Shown piece after piece: positions 54,425 through 63,791 of a DNA stretch of 64,000 nt. The translations under genes were made by a program, and so were the position numbers. Every line of letters starts with the position of its first letter. Position 1 is the stretch's first letter. The DNA comes from Armatimonadota bacterium (GTDB lineage: Bacteria > Armatimonadota > Zipacnadia > Zipacnadales > VGFC01). The notes beneath the pieces are model-generated. The model ran no database searches. It was given only the letters and a program-made list of their open reading frames with translations, and was not told where the DNA came from. The stretch covers positions 40 through 64,039 of the forward strand of contig VGFC01000004.1 in assembly GCA_016869045.1 (NCBI GenBank), in the 5' to 3' direction.

Positions 54425-56782
54425 ATGCAGCTCGATGATCGACGCGTTCGCGTATCCGAACTCACCGACGAGCAGCTCGCTGCGGAGCTGAAGCAGCACG
54501 GCGTCGGGTTGACGCCGTTTGAGGCCAGGCGGATCGTGGAACTGATCGGCCACGACCCGACGCTCACGGAGCTGCACATCTTCAACGTCGAGTGGAGCGA
54601 GCACTGCTCGTACAAGAGCTCGCGGGCGACGCTGAAGGAGTTCCTGCCGACCGACGCCCCCAACGTGATCCTCGGGCCGCAGGAGGACGCGGGGATCATC
54701 GAGCTATGCCGGCACAAGGGCCGGCGCTATGGCGTCGTCATCGCGCATGAGAGCCACAACCATCCCTCGCAGGTCCTCCCCCGCGAGGGCGCGGCCACCG
54801 GCATCGGCGGGATCGTGCGCGATGTGGACTGCATGGGCGCGCGCGTGATCGCGACCGGCGACCCGCTGCGCTTCGGCAGTCTGCAAAGCGAGAACGTCGA
54901 GCGGACGCGCTGGATCGTCGAGGGCGTCGTCGAGGGCATCTGGCAGTACGGCAATGCCCTCGGCGTGCCGAACCTGGGCGGGGACGTCTACTTCCGCGAG
55001 GCCTTCGACGACAACTGCCTCGTCAACGTGGTCTCGCTCGGGATTGTCGCCGAGGAGGACATCATCCACTCCGCCGCTCCGCCCGAAGCCGCCCAGGAGC
55101 CTTACGACCTCATCCTCGTCGGCAAACCGACAGACGACTCCGGCTTCGGCGGCTCGGCGTTTGCCAGCAAGGTCCTCAGCGAGGAAGAGCAGGCCGAAGA
55201 CCGCGCTGCGGTTCAGGTGGACGATCCCTTCCTCAAGAACGTGCTCGCGATGCGCAAGGCCAACGAGGCGGTCCGCGAGGCGGCGAAGGCCCAGGGCTAC
55301 CCCATCGGCATCAAGGACCTCGGCGGCGGCGGCTTCGCCTGCGGTTCGTCCGAGATCACGGCCGCCGGTGGGTTCGGGGTGGACATCGACCTTGACGCGG
55401 TCCACGTCGGCTTGGAGAACCTCCACCCCGAGACCATCTGCTGCGCGGAGACCCAGGAGCGCTACGTCCTCGCTGTGCCCCGGCAGTTCACGCCCGAGGT
55501 CTTGCGCATCTACAACGAGGACTGGGACCTGCCGAACGTCTACGAGGGCGCCTGCGCGCGCGTGGTCGGCACGTTCAACGACACGCAGCGGTACGTCATC
55601 CGGCACCAGGGCAAGATCGTCTGCGACGCTCCCGTCGAGGCGGTGACCTCCGGCATCTCCTACCAGCGCGAAGAGAAACCTCGCGAGCCGCAGCTCGCCG
55701 AGCCCGACTTCGAGCAGCCGGCCGACCTCGCCGCCGCCTTGCTGAAGGTCCTCGGCCACGAGAACGTCTGCTCGCGCGAGTTCATCTACCGCGCGTATGA
55801 CACCGAGGTGCAGGGCAACGCGGTGATCCGTCCGGGCGAGGCGGACGCCGGCGTGTGCGCGCCGCTGGAGGGCAGCCGGGCGGGTGTCGCGCTGGCGATG
55901 GATGGGAACCCAGCGTACGGTGCGATCAGTCCATACTGGGCGGGTGCGAACGCGGTCGTCGAGGCGTGCCGTAACGTCGCTGCGGTCGGCGCCATGCCGG
56001 CGGGCCTCACCGACTGCCTCAACTACGGCAACCCCGAGACTCCCACCGCCTTCTGGGAGTTCCGCGAGGGCGTGAAGGGCATCGCGGATGCGGCCCGGCA
56101 GGTCGGGCTGAAGACCCATCCGGGCCAGCCGGTGCCGGTCGTGTCCGGCAACGTGAGCTTCTACAACGAGTCGGCGACCGGGCGCGCCGTCGAGCCGTCG
56201 GGCATCATCGCGTGTGTCGGCGTGATGGCCGACAGCTCGCAGGCCGTCACCATGCAGCTCAAGCACCCAGGCGACACGCTGTATCTCGTCGGCCCGCGCT
56301 ACGACGAATGCGGCGGCTCGGCCTACTACCAGGCGTTGGCACTGGGCCTCGGCGCCAACGTGCCCCACGTCCGCTGGGACGAGCAACGGGCGGCTATCTA
56401 CGGCGTCCTCGATGCCATCGACGCCGGGCTCGTGGCCGCCTGCCACGACATCAGCGACGGCGGTTTGGCGGTCGCACTCGCCGAGATGGCCCTCGGAGGC
56501 TACGCGAGGGGGAAGCTCGGGGCCGAAGTGGACCTCACTCCCCTGGGTGGTGACCTCCGCGCCGACACGCTGCTGTTCAGCGAATCCGGCGGCTTCGTCG
56601 CCGAGGTGAAGGCGGGCCGCGAGGCCGAGTTTGAAGCCCTCTTCGCCGGGCAACCGGTCACGCCCATCCGCATCGGCACGGTCACCCCCGAGTCGCAGTT
56701 CCGGGTCGCCGGCCTCCTGTCGGTCACGATCGCCGACATGGCCGAGGCCTGGACCACCGGCCTCGCCACGCGCCTCCGCTAA
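54425..56782 (+). CDS. purL: phosphoribosylformylglycinamidine synthase subunit PurL (FGAM synthase II)
   Basis: 785 aa with the PurL-specific N-terminus (…FNVEWSEHCSYKSS…), ATP-binding and AIRS-like domains throughout. Confidence 0.85.
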   Translation: MQLDDRRVRVSELTDEQLAAELKQHGVGLTPFEARRIVELIGHDPTLTELHIFNVEWSEHCSYKSSRATLKEFLPTDAPNVILGPQEDAGIIELCRHKGRRYGVVIAHESHNHPSQVLPREGAATGIGGIVRDVDCMGARVIATGDPLRFGSLQSENVERTRWIVEGVVEGIWQYGNALGVPNLGGDVYFREAFDDNCLVNVVSLGIVAEEDIIHSAAPPEAAQEPYDLILVGKPTDDSGFGGSAFASKVLSEEEQAEDRAAVQVDDPFLKNVLAMRKANEAVREAAKAQGYPIGIKDLGGGGFACGSSEITAAGGFGVDIDLDAVHVGLENLHPETICCAETQERYVLAVPRQFTPEVLRIYNEDWDLPNVYEGACARVVGTFNDTQRYVIRHQGKIVCDAPVEAVTSGISYQREEKPREPQLAEPDFEQPADLAAALLKVLGHENVCSREFIYRAYDTEVQGNAVIRPGEADAGVCAPLEGSRAGVALAMDGNPAYGAISPYWAGANAVVEACRNVAAVGAMPAGLTDCLNYGNPETPTAFWEFREGVKGIADAARQVGLKTHPGQPVPVVSGNVSFYNESATGRAVEPSGIIACVGVMADSSQAVTMQLKHPGDTLYLVGPRYDECGGSAYYQALALGLGANVPHVRWDEQRAAIYGVLDAIDAGLVAACHDISDGGLAVALAEMALGGYARGKLGAEVDLTPLGGDLRADTLLFSESGGFVAEVKAGREAEFEALFAGQPVTPIRIGTVTPESQFRVAGLLSVTIADMAEAWTTGLATRLR

Positions 56783-56783
56783 C

Positions 56784-56892
56784 CCCCATGTAGGGGCGCC
56801 TGCGCTAGCCCCCATGTAGGGGCGCCTGCGCTAACCCCCATGTAGGGGCGCGATTCATCGCGCCCACATGTAGGGGCGTGATTCATCACGCC
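56784..56892. repeat. family A array copy 6 (two variant units cccatgtaggggcgcctgcgcta(g/a)cc, then two canonical hairpin units)
   Basis: Immediately after the purL stop. Confidence 0.65.
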
Positions 56893-57066
56893 CCATGCCG
56901 TTTCGTCCTTGCATCCCGTCCTTGCATCCTCTCCGCCTGCGGCGGCCCTCTTGGCCCGCCCGGTTGTTTGCATCTGGCAAGGGTTTTTCTGAAACCTCGT
57001 ACAGACCACGCTGTCTACACCTCCAATCGGGAGTGTAACTGCTCCCGGGCTGAAAGGACTGGGTCG

Positions 57067-57828
57067 ATGAGAAAACCGGTCTTACCCGTTGTTGCTGCGA
57101 CGATGCTGCTTGTCGCAGGGTTGTCGTCTGCGTTCGCGCAGACCGCCCCGCCCGCGGTACGCATCGGCGTCGTGGACCTCGAGTTGGTCGGTCGCAAGTT
57201 CGATCGCAAGGCCAAGGAAGAGGAAGCGCTGACGCAGTGGTATGTCGGGAGGCAGAGCTTCCTGCAGGAGCTGGACAAGTACATCTTCTGCGTGGACGAC
57301 GAGTGGAAGCAGGTGCTCGCGCTCCTGGACACGCCCAAGGGCCAGCGCACCCCGGAGCAGGATGCCCAGTTGAAGGCCCTGCTGGATGAGGGCACCAAGC
57401 GGGAAACGCGGTACAAGGACCTCGAAGCCAAGCAGGCTCAGGGAGCCCTCACGAAGGACGAGGAGAACAGCCTGAAAGAGCTTCGTGAGACCCCGACGGC
57501 ACGGACCGCTGACCTGCGAAACCGTGCTGAGAACATCGAGAACGAACTCCAGCAGCGCATGGCCGCGATCCGCGAGGCGCTGATGAAGCCCGTTCGCGAC
57601 GCAGTGAACGCGATCGCGGCCGAGAGAGGCTTCGCGCTGGTCCTGGAAAAGGACTGGGTCTACTTCGGTGGCGAGGACATCACCGAGGACGTCATCAAGA
57701 AGGTGAACGAGATGGCGCCCCCTCCGGCGGGCACGGCCGTCCCACCCCAACCGGGCACGCCTCCGGCGGGCGGCGAGAAGCCCAAGGAGGGCGACGGTGG
57801 CAAGCCGCCGGGCGGTGGCAATCCCTAA
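57067..57828 (+). CDS. skp: OmpH/Skp family periplasmic chaperone
   Basis: ATG 57067 with an AAAGGA RBS; signal peptide, then IGVVDLELVGRKFDRKAKEEEAL… coiled-coil and a Pro/Gly-rich tail. Position upstream of lpxD fits the ompH-lpxD arrangement. Confidence 0.6.
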   Translation: MRKPVLPVVAATMLLVAGLSSAFAQTAPPAVRIGVVDLELVGRKFDRKAKEEEALTQWYVGRQSFLQELDKYIFCVDDEWKQVLALLDTPKGQRTPEQDAQLKALLDEGTKRETRYKDLEAKQAQGALTKDEENSLKELRETPTARTADLRNRAENIENELQQRMAAIREALMKPVRDAVNAIAAERGFALVLEKDWVYFGGEDITEDVIKKVNEMAPPPAGTAVPPQPGTPPAGGEKPKEGDGGKPPGGGNP

Positions 57829-58963
57829 GCCCTTCTGGGCTGCCGTGTTCTGCCTGGCGCCCTGTGCGCCGGCGGTGCTGACGGGGTGCTCGCGGTCGGG
57901 TGCGGTGACGGGTCGCGCGGGGCCCGAGGCCGTGCGGGTCTATCCCGCGCAGCTCATGTCGGAGCACCCGCTGTATCGCGAAGTAACGGAGTTGTCCGCC
58001 CGCATCGCGGCCGTCAATGCGCCGCCCGACCTGCGCGAGATGCGGGCGCTGATGTCCAGGCCCTTGGGCCGACAACTCCTGCGGCCACCGAGGGTGCAGG
58101 AGCCGGATCGCCTGCGGTTGACGGCGTGGGAGGCACAGACCGACGCGCAGTTGGCGGCGGAAGTCCAGGAGGCGGAGGAGTCCCTCGGCTTCTGGTCCGA
58201 GGCCGACCTGAGCAAGCGAGAGGCGCGCCTGTCGCGTGAGGTCGCGGACGCGGTGCGGCAGGAGCAGAACGAAGCCGAACTCGCGCGACTGCGGACGGAG
58301 ATCGGCGAGATCGAGCGCCGTCAGGGCGAGCTAGACGAGTTGCGCCGGCTTGCGATCTCCGAGGATCAAGAGGTGGCGGCGCGCGCCGTCGAACGGCAGG
58401 CCGCGCTGTGGGCGGAGATCGCGGCCAAAGCCGAAGCCGTCCAGCGCGAGGCAGACGCCAGGCTTCGCGAGCTCAGGGAGTCCGGCGAAGCCGACATGCG
58501 GAAGGCCCTTGCCGAGGCCCGTACCCGGGCGGAGGCGGAGCGAGCCGCCCATGCCAAGCAGCTTCGGGACGCCGGCGCACAGGTGAGGGAGCGGCTGCCC
58601 GAGGGCGTGCAGGCTGCCGCAACGCCGATCACACCCACCGAGGACGCGCAGAGCGTTCCTCCGGCGCCCGCGACGACAGAGCTGACGGCGCTTGTGGGGG
58701 AGATCGAGGCGGCGCAGCGGGCCGCGCGAGAACGGCGACTGAATCGGCTGGTGGCGGCGCGCGGGCGACTGCTCCGGGAGATCGCCCTCAGCACACAGAG
58801 CGCGGTACGCGCGGTCGCGATTCGCAACGGACTTGATGTGCGCTTCGGCCCGGACACGGACCCGGGCCTGCGAGACGCGACGGAGGACTTCCGGCCGCTC
58901 CTCCGCGACTATTGGGCAGCGCGACCGGCGATCTCCGGGGGCCCCACCGGCCCCCGCCACTGA
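57797..58963 (+). CDS. coiled-coil lipoprotein (possible second OmpH-like protein)
   Basis: Lipobox AVLTGCS; long E/R/A-rich coiled coil. Confidence 0.35.
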   Translation: MASRRAVAIPKPFWAAVFCLAPCAPAVLTGCSRSGAVTGRAGPEAVRVYPAQLMSEHPLYREVTELSARIAAVNAPPDLREMRALMSRPLGRQLLRPPRVQEPDRLRLTAWEAQTDAQLAAEVQEAEESLGFWSEADLSKREARLSREVADAVRQEQNEAELARLRTEIGEIERRQGELDELRRLAISEDQEVAARAVERQAALWAEIAAKAEAVQREADARLRELRESGEADMRKALAEARTRAEAERAAHAKQLRDAGAQVRERLPEGVQAAATPITPTEDAQSVPPAPATTELTALVGEIEAAQRAARERRLNRLVAARGRLLREIALSTQSAVRAVAIRNGLDVRFGPDTDPGLRDATEDFRPLLRDYWAARPAISGGPTGPRH

Positions 58964-59029
58964 AACCGTCGTCATGTACGGGCGCGATTATGGTCATGCA
59001 CAATGTGATTAGGCGGGCGTCGTTGTAGG

Positions 59030-59208
59030 GGCAGAGCGTGGATTGTGTTGAAAAAGGGCTGCGTCGAGGAAGCACGCCTCTCATACGCGCCGTACGCGGC
59101 TCGTAGGTCGGGATACCAATCCCGACACTGCCTTTATCAACACAATCCGTGCTCTGCCCAGGTGTTGCTGAACGGACGGCATGGGCAGAGCACGCTCTGC
59201 CGCTACAA
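59030..59208. mobile_element. family B MITE full copy 2 (core 59041-59147) with extended inverted flanks GGGCAGAGCGTG/CGTGCTCTGCCC and a trailing hairpin GGGCAGAGCACGCTCTGCC
   Basis: TIRs GATTGTGTTGAAAAAGG / CCTTTATCAACACAATC; internal hairpin GTCGGGATACCAATCCCGAC. Upstream (58981-59020) is a degenerate family A unit (gtacgggcgcgattatggtcatg). Confidence 0.65.
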
Positions 59209-59331
59209 CGACCCGACGATGTCAGGTTATTTCGTGCATGACCATCATCACGCCCGACGCCGTGCGTCTGATACACCCTCTGAGGCCGCACGCAGATCGT
59301 GGACGAACATCGGGAGGGGCGAGATCCTGAC

Positions 59332-60366
59332 ATGACCATCCCACTAGCAGACATCGCAGCAATGGTCAACGGTAGCCTCACCGGCGACGGGCGCACGCTC
59401 ATCGTGGGCGTGGGCAGCCTGGAGACGGCGCGGGAAGGTGAGATCACCTTCATCGACAAGCCCGAGCTCCTCTCCGTGGCCGACGTCAGCCCTGCGGCGG
59501 CGCTGATCGCGCCGGCCAACGCGCCGCGCGGCAGGAAGCCCATGATCCTCACCGAGGATCCGCGCCTGGCCTTCAGCAAGGTCCTGGAGATCTTCGCCCC
59601 CAAGCGCAACGTCTACCGCGGCGTGCATCCGCGGGCGGTCGTCGGCGAGAACGTGACGCTGAGCGAGAACGTCAGCATCGGCGCTCACGCCTACGTGGGC
59701 GACGGAACCACGCTGGAGGCCGGGGTCATCATCTACCCCAATGCGTACGTGGGCGACAACGTCACTCTGGGCGCGGGCACGATCATCTGTCCCCAGGTCT
59801 TCGTGGGTGACCGCTGCGTCCTGGGCCACCGAGTCGTGGTCCATGCCGGCGCCTCCATCGGCGGGGACGGCTTCGGTTACGTTCAGGAGGGCGGCAAGCA
59901 CCGCAAGATCCCGCAGATCGGCGTCGTCATCATCGGCGACGACGTCGAGATCGGCGCCAACTCCACGGTCGATCGCGCGACGCTGGGCGCCACCAAGATC
60001 GGGCGCGGCACCAAGATCGATGACCACGTACACATCGCGCATAACGTCGTCATCGGCGAGGACTGCCTGCTCTGCGGCCAGGTCGGCATCTCCGGCTCGG
60101 TGACGGTGGGCGATCGCGTTATCATGGCCGGCCAGGTCGGCGTGAACGACCACATCACGATCGGCAGCGACATCATCATCGGCGGCCAGGCCGGCGTGTT
60201 CAGCGACCTACCCGAGCCCGGCTACTACTCCGGCTATCCGGCCAAGCCTCACAACCACTCGCTCCGCGTGTTGGCGGCCACCCAGAAGCTCCCCGACATG
60301 GCCAAGCGCCTGAAGGCCGTCGAGCGCCTGCTCGAAGAACTCCAGGCTGACGCGTCGAAGGACTAA
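59332..60366 (+). CDS. lpxD: UDP-3-O-(3-hydroxyacyl)glucosamine N-acyltransferase
   Basis: Left-handed beta-helix hexapeptide repeats along the length and an LpxD-type N-terminal domain; ATG 59332 with GGGAGGGG RBS. Confidence 0.8.
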   Translation: MTIPLADIAAMVNGSLTGDGRTLIVGVGSLETAREGEITFIDKPELLSVADVSPAAALIAPANAPRGRKPMILTEDPRLAFSKVLEIFAPKRNVYRGVHPRAVVGENVTLSENVSIGAHAYVGDGTTLEAGVIIYPNAYVGDNVTLGAGTIICPQVFVGDRCVLGHRVVVHAGASIGGDGFGYVQEGGKHRKIPQIGVVIIGDDVEIGANSTVDRATLGATKIGRGTKIDDHVHIAHNVVIGEDCLLCGQVGISGSVTVGDRVIMAGQVGVNDHITIGSDIIIGGQAGVFSDLPEPGYYSGYPAKPHNHSLRVLAATQKLPDMAKRLKAVERLLEELQADASKD

Positions 60367-60432
60367 CCGCCCTCGCCGTCGAACTACGGCACCATCGCGC
60401 CCAAGCGGGGTCCCGCGGTTCCTCTTGCCGTC

Positions 60433-60514
60433 ATGTAGGGGCGCGATTCATCGCGCCCATGTGTAGGGGCGTGATTCATCACGCCCAAATGTAGGGGCGC
60501 CATTCATGGCGCCC
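60433..60514. repeat. family A hairpin array copy 7 (three units)
   Basis: atgtaggggcgcgattcatcgcgccc atgtgtaggggcgtgattcatcacgccc aaatgtaggggcgccattcatggcgccc. Confidence 0.7.
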
Positions 60515-60589
60515 GAGGGTCCGTATCGTGGGTTCCTGTCTTGGCGGAGGCCCCAATCGGGCCTCCGCTTCGGTAAACCGACACCACAG

Positions 60590-60990
60590 GCCAGCACCAT
60601 GACCTCGCGCACCACGCTCGCCGTCTTGGAGGACAGGCATTCTTGCCTGTCCCAGCCCGCCGCGTTGGAGGACAGGCATTCCTGCCTGTCCAAGCCCCCC
60701 GCGTTGGAGGACAGGCATTCTTGCCTGTCCAAACCGCACCCGGAACGTTGGGGACTGACGACGAAACCCAGCCCCATCGGGTTTCGTTGTCTGTCCCCGA
60801 AGTTGCCTTTCGCGTTCCGTCACTACCCCCGACGAGCCGACACCATGACCTCGCGCACCACGCTCGCCGTCCTGGAGGACAGGCATTCTTGCCTGTCCAA
60901 GCCCGCCGCGTTGGAGGACAGGCATTCTTGCCTGTCCGAGCCCGCCGCGTTGGAGGACAGGCATTCCTGCCTGTCCACTTGCCTGTCCAG
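60590..60990. repeat. duplicated module: 31-bp leader (caccATGacctcgcgcaccacgctcgccgtc) plus 3 x 38-bp repeats, each holding the perfect 22-bp palindrome GGACAGGCATTCTTGCCTGTCC; copies at 60590-60730 and 60837-60990, separated by 107 bp carrying a 9-bp-stem hairpin
   Basis: Read directly; six palindromes in total with unit spacing 38 bp. The array is in frame with the downstream secreted-protein ORF (peptide repeat ALEDRHSCLSKPA). Confidence 0.7.
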
Positions 60991-62782
60991 GGTCTACCGA
61001 CTGTGCCTTGGCCTACTGGCACTGACCCTCGCCGCCGCCGGGAGCGCCGATCGCCGCCTGGACTTCGCCGCTCGCGAGCGCGCGGAGGGCCCTCTGCGGA
61101 TCGGGGAAGTGACGGGCGGCGGGCAGGTGCTCATCCGCCTGCGGAGCAAGGCCGGGTCCGTCCTCCCGCGCGCCCAGAAGGCCGCCGAGGGCCTGCAGAA
61201 GGCCGCGGTTGCAGGCCTCTCGCCTCCCGCCCTGACCGTGGTGGTCGGGCCCGACGGCTCGTCGATCCTCAAAGGCGATGGGCAGGAGATTGTCACCGCC
61301 GACAAGGAGACGGCGCAACTCTCCTCCACGACCCCGACGGCTCTGGCCGCGAGCTGGCAGAGCGCACTCAACACGGTGTTCCGCGAACCCTACCTGGTTC
61401 TGTCTGAGCCGGACGGCCTCCAGGTCCCCGTGGACGAGGCGCGCTACGTCGCCTACGGCGGGCCGCTTGGGAAGCACCTCTCGGCAACCTCCGGCGACGA
61501 GGCCGTGGCGCTGGCGAAGCTGGAGCCGACGAACCGCCGCCTCAAGGTCTACGGGGCCGGTCCGGGTGACACCGCGGTCGCGCTGAAGGCGGGCGCCCTC
61601 AGCCTCGGCCTCCCGGTGCAGGTCCGCTTCTGGGCCGCGAAGATCCTCCCAACCGCCGTGGCGGAGCTAACCGGCAGCGGGCAGGACGGGCACACCGCAA
61701 CCAGGGTTGCCGTCAACGCCGCCCTCGCCGCCGCGCAGCCTCAGCCCGGCGCCACCGTCTCCGCGATCTCCACCGACCGCGAGGGGCCGCTGTTCCGTGT
61801 CGGTGTCCTGGCCACCGGCCAGGACTGCATCGACGCCAAGAGGCAGGTCGAGGTGACACTGAAGTGGGTCACGCCGCCGACCCTCGAGCCGGTGGACGTG
61901 TTCGTGAGCAACTCCCCCGAGCGCATCGTCGCCCTCGGAAGCCTCATGCGCGAGCAACTCCTCCCGGACCGTGCGGCGCGCTTCTTGTACCATCACGTCA
62001 ACTCGACGGAGCAGACCGTCCTCTTCGTTGCCCGCATCGCGAATGCGGGGCCCGGACCCGCCGCCGCGCACGTGATCCTCGGCGAGTCCGGCCCGGACAA
62101 GGACGAGTTGGGCGTCGGCCACGCCGCGGCCGCGCGGTTCTGGAGGGAGCAGCGGACCGGGAGCGGCTACGTCCTGCAGGTCCCGCCGATGACTGCCTCC
62201 GACATCGTGCGCACGCCCGTCGGGCGCGAGGCCATCGTCAGCGGCCTGGCCCAGATCACCCCGCTCTCGTCATCGCCGCTGCTCCTCGAAGTCGCCGCCG
62301 TGCCGGTCGGCCACGAGACGGAGTGGGTCGAGCCCCTCCGGCCGGAGGACTACGCCTCGCCCAAGTTGACGACCTTCCGCTTCGGTGCGCGCAAGGCCGT
62401 CGAGCTGAAGCACGAGATCGGCGGGGCGTGGACGTTCTTCAGCCTGGGCAAGGAGGGCTCGACGAACGAGGCCGGCACGTACCTGGCCGGCGACTACGGC
62501 GTCCTGCACGAGATCGACCTCGAACTCACGAACGCCCGTGAGCAGACCGGCTTCGCGGAGATGGAAGTGCGCGCGAGCGGCGGCGTGATGCGCGGGCTGT
62601 TCCTGATCGACAACGTCCTCCACGAGACCGGTCTTCTGGTCGGCACCCAGCAGGAACGGGTGCTCAAGCTGGAGGTCCCCTCCGGAGCGACGCGTCGTGT
62701 CCGCATCGAGACGATTCCGGAGTCCGCCTCCAACTACCCGGTGCACCTGATCGTCCACTCGCGGCTGCGGAACGTGCCATGA
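60845..62782 (+). CDS. hypothetical exported/membrane-anchored protein (start uncertain: ATG 60845 or 60598, both inside the palindrome array)
   Basis: Hydrophobic segment LCLGLLALTLAAAGSA right after the array, then about 590 aa of Ala/Gly/Val-rich globular sequence with no confident family match. No in-frame start codon lies between the array and the hydrophobic segment. Confidence 0.4.
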   Translation: MTSRTTLAVLEDRHSCLSKPAALEDRHSCLSEPAALEDRHSCLSTCLSRVYRLCLGLLALTLAAAGSADRRLDFAARERAEGPLRIGEVTGGGQVLIRLRSKAGSVLPRAQKAAEGLQKAAVAGLSPPALTVVVGPDGSSILKGDGQEIVTADKETAQLSSTTPTALAASWQSALNTVFREPYLVLSEPDGLQVPVDEARYVAYGGPLGKHLSATSGDEAVALAKLEPTNRRLKVYGAGPGDTAVALKAGALSLGLPVQVRFWAAKILPTAVAELTGSGQDGHTATRVAVNAALAAAQPQPGATVSAISTDREGPLFRVGVLATGQDCIDAKRQVEVTLKWVTPPTLEPVDVFVSNSPERIVALGSLMREQLLPDRAARFLYHHVNSTEQTVLFVARIANAGPGPAAAHVILGESGPDKDELGVGHAAAARFWREQRTGSGYVLQVPPMTASDIVRTPVGREAIVSGLAQITPLSSSPLLLEVAAVPVGHETEWVEPLRPEDYASPKLTTFRFGARKAVELKHEIGGAWTFFSLGKEGSTNEAGTYLAGDYGVLHEIDLELTNAREQTGFAEMEVRASGGVMRGLFLIDNVLHETGLLVGTQQERVLKLEVPSGATRRVRIETIPESASNYPVHLIVHSRLRNVP

Positions 62783-63783
62783 GGCTGCGCGACACGAGTG
62801 AGGGTGAGTTTCTGCGCGCCGTCCGCCAGACGCTGGGCGGCGCCGGGGGCCGAGTGTGTCTGGGGATCGGGGACGATGCCGCAGTCCTCGACTGCCCGCC
62901 CGGGCGCTCCCTGGTGCTCACCTGCGACGCCGCGGTTGAGGGCCGTCACTTCCGCCGCGAGTGGTTCTCTCACCGCGAGATCGGCGAGCGCGCCGTGCGC
63001 TGCGCCCTCAGTGATCTCGCCGCCATGGGCGCCGAACCCGTGGCGGTGCTGCTCACCCTGATCGTGTCACCCGAGGAGGATGAAGTGGCGGCCCGAGCGG
63101 TGGTCGAGGGCGCGGCCGCGGCGTCCGCGGAGTTCGGCGCGCGCCTGGCCGGCGGCGAGACCGTCGGCGCTCAAGGTCCCCTGGTGCTCGACGTGGCGGC
63201 TGCCGGCCTGGTACGCACGGGGCGGGAGTTGCGCCGCTCCGGGGCGCAGCCCGGCGACGTCATCGCGGTCAGCGGGACCCTCGGCGACGCGGCCGCCGGC
63301 CTCGCCGCGCTCCGCGCCGGTCTTGGTGGCCCCGAGGCGACAGCGGTGATCCGTCGCTACAAGGTCCCCCAGCCCCAAGTAGCTCTCGGCGTCTTGCTGG
63401 CCCAGTGCGACGGCGTGCACGCAGCCATCGACATCAGTGATGGTCTCCTCATGGACGCGGGTCACATGGCCGAGCAGAGCGGGGTAGGCATCGAGCTGTT
63501 CGCCGACGCTCTCCCCCTCTCCCCCGCCTGTGAAGCGGTCGCCCGGGAACTCGGGGTGCAGCCCTCGGCATGGGCCCTTGGCGGCGGGGAGGACTTCGAG
63601 CTGCTAGTTGCCATATCGCCCCTGGAGTTCGGGAGAGTGCACCATCGGGCCAAGCAGGACTGTGCACTTGAGCTACTCGGCATCGGGCAGGTGACCGAGG
63701 GGCACGGCGTCCGCCTCACAGGGCCTGACGGAACGGACCTCGCCTCGCCCGCAGCGGGCTGGGACCAGTTCCGCTCATCGTAG
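62779..63783 (+). CDS. thiL: thiamine-monophosphate kinase
   Basis: AIR-synthase-related fold with ThiL motifs (…IGDDAAVLD…LVLTCDAAVEGRHF…DLAAMGAEP…ISDGL…GGEDFELL…). Start overlaps the upstream stop (ATGA). Confidence 0.75.
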   Translation: MRLRDTSEGEFLRAVRQTLGGAGGRVCLGIGDDAAVLDCPPGRSLVLTCDAAVEGRHFRREWFSHREIGERAVRCALSDLAAMGAEPVAVLLTLIVSPEEDEVAARAVVEGAAAASAEFGARLAGGETVGAQGPLVLDVAAAGLVRTGRELRRSGAQPGDVIAVSGTLGDAAAGLAALRAGLGGPEATAVIRRYKVPQPQVALGVLLAQCDGVHAAIDISDGLLMDAGHMAEQSGVGIELFADALPLSPACEAVARELGVQPSAWALGGGEDFELLVAISPLEFGRVHHRAKQDCALELLGIGQVTEGHGVRLTGPDGTDLASPAAGWDQFRSS

Positions 63784-63791
63784 TCCTTCAC

